NCBI RefSeq assembly: GCF_009914755.1
Contig: NC_060938.1
Source of the DNA: the human T2T-CHM13v2.0 reference genome, Homo sapiens
DNA length: 64,000 bases
Strand: one strand, 5' to 3'
The notes under the pieces are model-generated. The model saw nothing but the letters and a program-made list of their open reading frames with translations, ran no database searches and was not told where the DNA came from. Each line of letters opens with the position of its first letter. Positions within the stretch are counted from its first letter, which is position 1. The translations under genes and the position numbers were made by a program. This document shows positions 42,232 through 52,300 of the stretch, in pieces.

Positions 42232-42281
42232 ATGGCGCCCACCAAGCCCAGCTTTCAGCAGGATCCTTCCAGGCGAGAACG
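42232..42281 (+). CDS. NPAS3: NPAS3 canonical first coding exon (partial CDS, MAPTKPSFQQDPSRRE-R, phase 2)
   Basis: The ATG at 42232 is in strong Kozak context (AAG ATG G) with an in-frame TAA at 42205-42207. The translation MAPTKPSFQQDPSRRER matches the recalled N-terminus of human NPAS3. The 50 coding nt end at donor CG|GTAACA (GT 42282-42283). The rest of the gene lies beyond the window. Confidence 0.96.
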
Positions 42282-43047
42282 GTAACACTTTTCTGTTTAT
42301 TGAACCTGCCGCCGGGCCGCTGCTCCCGCCGCCGCCGCCTCCGCCGCCGAGGGCCCCTCTCCGCAGCCCGCCCGCCTCCTGGGCCGCGAGCCCGCGGGGA
42401 CCTCGTCTGGGCGCAGCGCTCGCCCGGGGCCCCGCGCATTGTCCCCGCGGCGGCTGCGGCAGCGAGAGGCTCCGGCGGCGGCCGGGCTCTCTGAGCAGTC
42501 GCACCTCCTCGGCTCGGCGAATAGAGTGACTCACTGACAAAAAAAAAAAAAAAAAAAGAAGAAAGAAACAGAAAAGAGAAAAAGAAAAAGAAACAAACAG
42601 ATGCGAAGGCGCTGCCGTGTGACGGGAGCAGCAGCGAGGGTGGGGGGCCGGGGATCCCCGGGGCCGCCGCAGGTCCCCTAGCAGCTGCTCTCGAGGAAGG
42701 GAATGAGGCTGGGGAGGGGGAGGGAAGGCGGCGAGCAGGGGGAGGAGGCGAGGAGCAGGAGGAGGAGGCCGGGGGCGGGGAGCGCGGAGCTCGCGCCAGG
42801 CCCGGAATGTGTCGCGGAGGGGCCGGCTCCGTCTCCGCGCGAGCAGCTAGGCCGGGCCGAGCCCAGAGGAGCGCGGCCGCCGCCTCCCTGCCTCCCGGGC
42901 TGCGCCCTCCGCTCGGCAACTTGTGGGTCTCCCGCTCTGCCCTCCGCTCTCATCTTCCCCTCCTCTCCATACCCCTCCCAAAGGAAAAAGAAAAATAAAG
43001 AAGAAAACCCTCAAATCCAAATAAGCAAACAAACAGCGAGATCCAAA

Positions 43048-43118
43048 ATGTGTCAGCAGTTGGAGCATCTATGCCCCGTTAGTTACTGTTTGGGGATCTG
43101 TGTTTTAAAAAGTTCCTG
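43048..43118 (+). CDS. Candidate third alternative first coding exon of NPAS3 (MCQQLEHLCPVSYCLGICVLKSS-, phase 2)
   Basis: AAA ATG at 43048, 71 open nt, then donor TG|GTGAGA (GT 43119-43120). It lies at the 3' edge of the CpG island in the same phase as the other first exons. Prediction only. Confidence 0.35.
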
Positions 43119-44100
43119 GTGAGAATTGCATATCCAAGCAAGGGGCTCAGTCGAGCATGTCTATTTGAAGTTAGTTAAACTAGTACAGCCACAGGGAAAG
43201 GGAGTTTGTGTTCAAAATACCCGTAACTGTTCTACGTGAGTAGCATTGATAGATTTTCAGAGTAACTCAGCACCCCCTCCCCATCACCACCAACGTGGTT
43301 TTCCCTCCTGCTGTCCACCCAGCCTACTTTCTTTGGAATCCTATTTACTATTAATTGGCAACGTTAATGACATTAATTGCATATAGCATATTGGTTTGAG
43401 CAAAGTGGATATCTCTTTCTGTCTCCGAAGAGGAAAGGCGCAGTAGGAAGTATGAAACGTCACCCACTGATTCATGAGGAAAACAAATACAGTAAGATAT
43501 ATGCACCCCCACCCGCAGCAGGCGCGTTGATTTTCCTCACAGGCTTAAGTGAACTTGAAAAGAAGACAAAGGATGTGCTTAGTTGCAAGATTTAATTATT
43601 ATAACATAGTTTTATTTTTGATGCAACATAATATTTAACCTATAGCTTACATCAGAAGACGATAAGGGGATATTCAGACATCCATTCATTTAAAAGGCTT
43701 CTATTGTACTGTTGCTTATTTCTTTCATACGATAGGGAAGGCACAATTGTCAGGATTAAGGAAATACTTTTGTTAAGTAGATACATAATTGACTAATTCT
43801 GAACTCTAGATGATTCTGTAAACATCATATATCAGAGAGTAAATCATACATAATCCAGTTTTTAAAGATGTTAAATGTGTATAGCATTAACTATTGCTCC
43901 CAAACTGTAGAAAATCTGACAACTCATACAGCTAAAATGAGTATTTACTTCTTAAGAAGTATCAGTGTTTCATGAAGAATTCACACTTTACTCTTGTAGT
44001 AGAAAAAATAATTTCTCAGAGCATTGTGCAAGGATTTTAAAAATTATTTTTTATCTAACATGAAGATGAATACTTTTTGAAATCAGAGGTTTATAATTGG

Positions 44101-44291
44101 TTTTCTTCCCCCTCCCCTCCCCTCCCCTTCCCTCCTCCCTCCCTCCCCTCCCCTCCTCCCTCCTTTCCCCTCCTCCCTCCTTCCCCTCCCCTCCCCTCCC
44201 TCCCTCCCTCCCTCCCTCCCTCCCTCCCTCCCTCCCTCCTTCCTTCCTTCCTTCCTTCCTTCCTTCCTTCCTTCCTTCCTTCCTTCTTCCC
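44101..44291. repeat. Pure polypyrimidine tract, (CCCT)n grading into (TCCT)12
   Basis: About 190 nt containing only C and T. Confidence 0.97.
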
Positions 44292-46595
44292 AGTTCTGTT
44301 GTTAATAAATATGTTTACTGGGATGGCCCCAGTAATCTCTCTAGCAAAGGCCTATTCGTGTGCCATTTTAGGAATTTCTCTGAGATAAGAATCTCGGAGA
44401 TAGAATTAATTTCTAGGGGAAACTTCATAGCCTGTGCATGAGTGCGTTCTTTATCACCTGTCTCCATTTGGCATTCGAAGAAGGTAAATCAAAGTGTGCG
44501 ATTTGTTATTCTGCTCCACTTGAGAGCTGAACTAAATAACACTTGGTCTGAAATTCTGATTGAAGTTGTAGGAGGATATACTGTATTTAATTTAATGCCC
44601 TTTAATAGCATCTTCTTGTTCAGCTTGGATGCTGTCATTTTAAAGGTTGGATCTGAGAAGGTTTAACCTGTATGGAGAAGGAGGAGTAATAACAGCGGGG
44701 TGGGGGCAGGAGCACTGTGGAAGATAGGAAGGAAGGAGTTATAAACTAAGCCTTTCAAAAGGCAACAACCGCAAACTTGGTCCCTTATCCAAACAGTTGT
44801 TTTATGCCCCAAGGGTTCACTTTGTTGTCAGGGTTTTAAATGCTCTTAACACTTTAAGTGTAAACATTACACATGTAAGTTGATTTGGCTTTGTAATGAG
44901 AAATGGGAAATCAGATGATTTGTTTAGGAGGGGGCTGTTTTTCATACTTGCTTCAAGTAAGTGAGTAATTCCACCTTTATTTGCACATTGTGCCTAGAAC
45001 TTGTTGGTTAACAAGTATTTCCTTGTAGCAGTTGAACACAAATATGTTTATAAAAGATGACTTTCTGTGGATATGTTTTAAATGGTATCCTCCTATTTAT
45101 TTAAAAAAATGTTTTCAAAATCATTGATTTCACAGAGGCATTTATGGACAGTTTATTCTTTACTGCTTTTCAAATATATTAGTAATCTGAAACTTACAGA
45201 GAAAAATATATCTTTTGAATTGTCTCATTTATTTATGAAATGTCTAACCTGTGTATAGTAATACAGTACCAAAGTCATTTCCTTATAGTAATGTTTATAA
45301 TGTAAATTTCAGAAAAATAAGCTCGTTCTTGATAATGTCTTTGGTTACTATTTAGTGCTCCTTACATTTCTCTGAATTACATATACAGAAAGTGTCTCTT
45401 TAGAGCCTGAAAGAACAAGTTGAAAACCTTGTGTACATAAACTTGTTTGATTTTCTTTAAACGCCAATAGACTGCAAATTATATAGCACTACCACAAAGT
45501 TTTTCTACTATGTGGATGTATAACCAAAAAAATTAGACAGAGAGAAGTGTCAAGCATGTGATATGCCCATGCTGATTTGCAAAGCGTATCCCAGTAGCAC
45601 AAGGCTTTTGGTTTAAAAAGTAAAGGTGGTGGAGACTGGTTTTTGGAGGTATTTCTATCTACAGTATAAGCTTAAATAGGGGTGATAAATGATTATATGC
45701 ATTGTCTAACACTTGCTTATATATATAAATAGCTCCACAAGATTGCTTAAATGATAATCGAAAATATGAAATAGGATGGCCTTCATATCACAAGGCCAAG
45801 GGTCTACAAATGGAAAAACTGAAATAATGAAATATTTCCAAGGCAACAGACTGTCAACAAGAACTGTAATGCATGGGCATATCATGATCCACCAGAGAGG
45901 ATATTAGATCGTATAGCTCCAGAGCCAGGAGTTATAATGACCTTTATTATGTAAGACCCTCCCTCATTACAACATCTTTTCAGATTTCCAATTTCTGATT
46001 TATGAATTGAAAGACATATAACTACTCCACATGTGCAATATGCCAATCACTAGATTTGATTCCTTACAGTGAGCAAATGAGCAAACTTGAATTCAACATT
46101 ATTCGATACTTTTTTTTTTTTAAAGTTACATGAGGTGTTTTCACCTAGTAGTGTTATTAGTAAGGTTTTGGTTTCTGTGTCTTTATATAGTCTTAAAAAT
46201 ATGGCTAAAAGTGATGTGTAATTAATATCTCAGCAATCAATTGGTAAGACTTATACTGTACTTCAAATATAATCCAGAAATTGGAGCAGTTTGATAATTT
46301 TAGTCATATGAATTTTGATCTTCCCCTGTAATTCTTCTACCCAATGGCTGGCCCTATACTATAATATAGCTATTTTATGAGAAGGCCAGAATACTTATGA
46401 ACCACCTTACTCCTCTTCCCTGCCCCAGATCCTGGTCTGGGATTCAGTGCTATGTTACAATTGTGTCTGTTTGAAGTAGGACCTGCTGCTAGGATCCCCT
46501 GCTCTGTGGTGAGGTTTTCTATGGCTTCTGTAAAGCAACACTTTTGGGGAAGCATTATTTATTTTCTTAAGCAGTAGGTCTTCATATTTGGGGAT

Positions 46596-46923
46596 TTCTT
46601 TTTTGTTTCTTTATTTCTTTTCTTTTTCTTTTTTTTTTTTTTTTAGACAGAGTCTTGCTCTGTTGCCCAGGCATGCTGGAGTGCAGTGGCACAATCTCAG
46701 CTCACTGCAACCTCTGCCTTCAAGTGATTCTCCTGTCTCAGCCTTCCAAATAGCTGGGACTACAGGCACATGCCAATACGCCCAGCTAATTTTTGTATTT
46801 TTAGTAGAGATAGGGGTTTCACCATGTTGGCCAGGCTGGTCTCAAACTCCTGACCTCAGGTGATCTGCCTGCCTCAGCCTCCCAAAGTGCTGGGATTACA
46901 GGCGTGAGCCACTGTGCCTGGCC
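46596..46923 (-). mobile_element. AluSx-like with TSD
   Basis: Reverse dimer with a small right-arm deletion. TATTTGGGGAT at 46585-46595 and 46926-46936. Confidence 0.95.
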
Positions 46924-48334
46924 TTTATTTGGGGATATTTATGGAGAATATATTACAAAAGTTTCAAAATCCTTTTAATGCTTTCCTCTACTAACTTCCT
47001 TAAGTGCTTTACTATTAATAATGACCCTAATGTAACCTTAATCTGTTTTTGTTTTTCTACAATTCTAGTAAACCTATGTCTTATGCAAAATGTCACTAAA
47101 TTTAAAGAAAATTAACACTCATGAAAGCAGAGGTAGCTCCTGCCACCTCCATGCTATGTTTACACAGTCACTTTTTCTGCGTATAACATTTAATCATTCT
47201 AATTGATTTTTTAAAGTTCTGCATTGTATTTGGGCTACAGTCTAACTTCAGGTGTTTTATAGACGTGTCTTTAATTGCTTAGGATGAATAAGGCTGAAAC
47301 TTAGTAAATAAGTTAGTATGTTAAATTTTACTTGATTAAATATTATTCTTTAAATTTTAAATGCTATCAAAATTGCACATAATGGAATATGTGAAACTTT
47401 AAATATATCTATGATTAGTAAGAACTAGAATTTATCAGAAAATCCAATTGTTTGCATTCGGTGATGTTAGTATTTTCCCAGTAAATAGTGGCCTTTTTTC
47501 CCCCCTCATTGGTCAGTGTAATAAACCAACTGTAACTGAATGGTATTTTTACTGCGCTGAGCCTCATTAGTGTGAATAGGATGTTTGCACTATTAAGTTT
47601 GATAGAATAGTTAGAAGAATGTGTAGTAATATTAGTAATACTACAATGCATAAACAGGACATGGCTTAGTAAGAATAAAGTAACTGCTACTGTATCTGAA
47701 ATGACTAGGGCAGTGACAACATTAAACAATAGTTGAAGTTTTCTGTATACATTTGTAAAACATCACGTCTTGGTGAATTAATTGAAATACTGTGGTCTTG
47801 TATGTGAAATCAGGGGAAGCAAGATGAAGATCTTATGTTACTATGGCCCACAGTTCTCCTGGCCCTAGACTGTAATGATTGACTGGTTCTTTCATTCAGC
47901 TTCATTTATTGAACCTCTACCATGGACCGTGGTTATGCGTGCCAGGTACAGTACTAAATATATACCTTGTAAGAGCAGTTGCTTTGGTTGTAGGCTTGCC
48001 CTTCTATTGGTTATACAAAATATTATAGAGAGCCAGAAGATACCCTTTTCTAAAAGAGTAAGAAGTAATGAATTCATAGAAATATAAGGCTTTCTTTTTT
48101 CACTTCTGTTAGCTTAGTGTTCTGTGAGGATAGTTATTCAACTTGTAAAATATTGTAAAATATTGTAAAATATTGACTACAAAGTGATTAGAGGCTCCTG
48201 GAGGACAGAGAGAGAAAAGATACTGTATAAATTGAAGTGAAATTGTAGTAAATTTTATAAAAGTTATTTTGATGGGATTTAAAAATAAAAATAGGTTATA
48301 TACGATGATGATTATATAATAATATAAACATTGG

Positions 48335-48500
48335 ACACTGCCATGTTTCAGACACTATATTACATGCTTCACAATAATTTTCTCTTTAGTTTCCCCACTG
48401 ACCTATGAGGGAAGTGCTAATATCCCCATTTATGCATGAGAAAATAGAGGTTTAGCATTCCCAAGGAAGGTGATAGAGACTGAATTCAGGTTTGTCTCTC
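48335..48500 (-). mobile_element. MIR
   Basis: cctatgagggaagtgctaatatccccatttatgcatgagaaaatagaggtttag. Confidence 0.65.
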
Positions 48501-49278
48501 AGGTGAACTTAGGCAGTACAGTCTTTGTAGAAATGTACCTTAACACCAGTGTGGAAGGGCCTGCGTTTTCAGACTTTCCAAACTCAGAGATTTCCGAGCC
48601 AATATCAGAGAGTTCCAATGGCAGAAAGACCAGTTCACTATGGGTAGTGAACGATAGCCCTCTGTTTTGGTCCTTCATCAGATGTTTGGAGAAATACAGT
48701 GTTTATGAAATTAGAGAAAGAATCAATATTGAAAGCATCGTTACCTCACCCTTTACTATCCCAGTAGTTTTGTGGGCAAGCTCCATAACTATACATACTT
48801 CAGGGCAGATTTGTAGCTGAGTGGTGCCAGAAGAATCAGTTTGCCACGTACATCTGCCTCTTTGGTCACAGCATATGAAGTTCTCAAGGCCCTCTTCTGC
48901 TCATATAATTCATGGCTCAGAGTGTGCCACAAGTTTCTCTAAAGATTATAGTTGAAGCATTTTTATTTTGTGATAGTTTTGCCACTGGTTGTGTAAAAAC
49001 TGTCTCATAAGGCTTTCTGAATAACTCATTTTAGTACCTAACTGTATTTCTGGACATTGTCTTTTGAAATTTGTAAGGATTTGTACAAGTTGGCCTCCTG
49101 CCAAATTATCTGGCATTATAATAATGGCAGCAAGCATTTATATAGCATCGTGTGCTAATAAACAGGTACTCTTCTGAGAGCTTTACATGCATTCACTCAT
49201 TTAATTAAAAACATGACATGTTAAAATGGGCCACAATAAATACATAAATGGTAAGTTATTTACTCCCCCATCCCCCCA

Positions 49279-49279
49279 A

Positions 49280-49335
<56 letters not shown>
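49279..49335. repeat. (CA)n(CG)n(CA)n microsatellite
   Basis: Continuous alternating purine-pyrimidine tract. Confidence 0.95.
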
Positions 49336-49339
<4 letters not shown>

Positions 49340-52300
49340 CATCTTCAAGAAGGGAAAGTTAGCCTTTGGTAACTTTTTTTCCTCTATGCCAGGAACCCTA
49401 GGGTTGGTCTGATACATAACAGTTCTTTAACAAAAGCTGTACTTTAGGAAACTTTGTAGCGTGTGATGTGGGTGTTCATTGCAGAATATATGCAAGATCT
49501 CAGTAGCAGACAAACATGCCACATTTATCTTTACGTTTTTGGATGTAATATTGTCAACTAAATAGCTTCTTTAAAAATAATAGGTATAATAGAAATTTCG
49601 GGCTTAAAAGGACTAGATAAGAAGTGCTTGAGTATTTGTGATTGCAAGATAATTCGCTTGTGTATTGGATTCATTTTTTACATTCAGCAAATATCTTGTT
49701 TATGAAAGGATAAGTTGCCTTTTAAGTTGCAAAGGACTTAAAATTTAAAGGGATATTTTACTGAAATATTGAAGATAAAAAACAAAAGTCAATAGGAAGT
49801 ATAAGTGAAAAATAGACTACAAAATTTTTAACCACCATCAGATCATCTTAAAAGAGATTACATCTGATTACATTATTATATTATCATCAGTATGCTAATG
49901 CAGAATTAAAGGGCTGTGAGTTGGGTACCTAGTGTAAAACATTAAACTTACAAATCTTAATTGCATATTTTGGAAAGTAGTGTCCCACAGCATTTTAAGA
50001 CCACTTTATAAACTTATAGGTCATTTCAATAATATTTCATTATATCTGATGAACTAGGGCATTTTCATTTGTAAGATTTATAAAAATAATTTTCTTATAA
50101 AGAAAAATTAATATTGGATTAAGGGTCAATATAAGTGTGAATATAGCTATAATTAACACTCTCTTCCCCAAATCTCTGATTTTTCCTTTCTGCTACAGTA
50201 ACACTGCGGAAAAGGATGCTAGCTCTAAACTTCATTCAGAAGCACTTTAGCTCAGAAAGATGGCAGTATTTCAATGGTGGCAAGTGGAATGATTGAAATT
50301 GTTTGCAGAACTTCTCTCTCTGGTCCTAGAAAATGGAGACATGAATGAATATGGATATTTTATTAACTAGTATGTATTGTGCTGATGGAAGGGGCATTTT
50401 CCCTTTACAAATATAATTTATTCATCAGAATCCACTTCTAAAAACATATATATTCTATTCAGGTATATGAATTTTTTTAATTATACAAGATTTTTGTATA
50501 TAGTGTACACAGCATATATATGTCACATGATACACACATATATATACACTGTTTACAACATAAATTATATATAAAATATGTATGAGATATACCATGTTTG
50601 TGTATGTCTATCTAAAATGGAAAAAAGTTACAAAGATATCTTGAACATTATAAATGTCTTACTTTAGATTGAGTTAAATTTAAATGTATGCAGTGGATTG
50701 GTGACTTTTTGTTTTCCTAATGCTGTAAGGCAAAGTAGGCTCATCATTTTTTTTTGCACATTTTTATTGTTCTGTGTAAATGTAATTTGTTAATCCTGTG
50801 AAATTTGTCATAGATAAATTTGCTTGGATTATCTTGTCACCACCGTATCTGCATTCTTTTGTTCATTGCTTATTCATAATTTAACAGTCTGGCAGTGAGC
50901 CTTTTTGGGATGCTCACAAGAGATATATGACCTCTTCCAGCTGCTACTATAACCTGCAGAATGCACAGCAAGACATTAGAAACGTGAGGATTCCTCTACT
51001 GATTAAAGTGCTCTTCATTTAAACAGTCTGTTCATAAGAATCTCAGGAATCTCTTGCTACCAGCAGTTTTTAGTTTTTTCTTCCTAACAAAATTAGTTTT
51101 AACAATTGAATCTTCATTTGCTATGAATTTTTCAGATTATCCAAAGGAAGTTAATTTCTTGAATGCTGTTTCTTCTTTATACATAAATACTTAAAAAATT
51201 TATATTTTGGGGATGTCAAAGTTGTCCAAAAATGGTTTTATTGGGCAGTGAAGAATGTAGAGTAGATATATTGCATCCTAATCTTAGAAGAAATGGTTGG
51301 TTTAATCCTGTTTGAATCTAAGAACTTTACAGTTTATATTCAAAACACTCCATATTATGTAGTATGTAGCAGACATTAAAAATAAAATGTTACTTGAAGT
51401 ATAACCCCATCTTTAGGTTTTCATTATTCTGAATTAGTTTAGCATATGAATTTATTCTTTTCTCTCTCTTTGCTTCTCTCTTTCTGTCTCTGGAAATCAG
51501 CAGCCATCAGTTTACGAGCAATGGTTAGTTTTTGCCTCTCTCCTGTGCAGGCATATGATTATGGTTCAAAATAATTCATCGCTAATCCATGCAGTATTGG
51601 TTCATCTCCATCACTCTGTTCTGTGATTAGAGCCTCAGGCCTGCTGCCTTGCTTTCTGCCCTGATTTTCTTTAACTGCAACCTTTGTTTTAATATAGTTC
51701 TGTAGTCACCACTCTCCTACCAGCCCCTCTCCATTCCTCATATATATCGATTGCGGTAGATTAATATTTATTTGAAGCCATTTTTCCAGACTTTGAGAAA
51801 AATGTATTCATTTCTTACTGTGACCCTTCATCTAAAGGGAGCGGGGAGAGGGAAAATGTAGGGCTCAGGTATGCAACTCTTAGACAATAAAATTATTGTG
51901 TTTCCCGTTTTAATTCTTCGCTATGGTCAGCGTATTTTACTTTTTACAGAAATCAGGAACTTTAGTTTCTTTGAAAAAATTTTATACAGGGTAAGGCACA
52001 ATGTTAACAGTTTAACTCTGTGTGTTTGTAACAGTTCTAGAATGGCTTTCTGTATTTTCTAAGTACATGCTACAGCCAATGCAATCACCATAATATACAT
52101 TGATCAGCTTGCATTGAATATTTCCAGACAGGGACACTAAGCTATCATTTTCCTTAGCATCAAAATTTGCCACTTTTACCAGAAGGTCATCTAACAGATT
52201 TTTAAAAGACTTTGTTTCAGATCTCGGTAGTCCTGTGTTCCTTTTAATAATTACTTTAGTCTCATTGTAGCTGTGTGTTTGAAAGTGTAGGTCAATGAGG

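Larger units (their letters stand above)
40830..43000. promoter_or_regulatory. NPAS3: CpG island / main NPAS3 promoter and 5' UTR
   Basis: Extremely GC- and CpG-rich, with GCC repeats and Sp/EGR-type G-boxes (41660-41674). Contains the canonical start exon. Confidence 0.92.

Noticed and set aside
40812-42919. Long antisense ORFs (477 aa and 641 aa) and other long ORFs across the CpG island
   Set aside because: Stop codons are naturally rare in very GC-rich, repeat-containing DNA. The products are low-complexity (poly-G/R/A, SLSLSL) with no domain, and the starts are mostly non-ATG.
48143-48175. (TTGTAAAATA)3 and the 18-bp duplication near 21103-21141
   Set aside because: Ordinary short slippage duplications with no sign of function.
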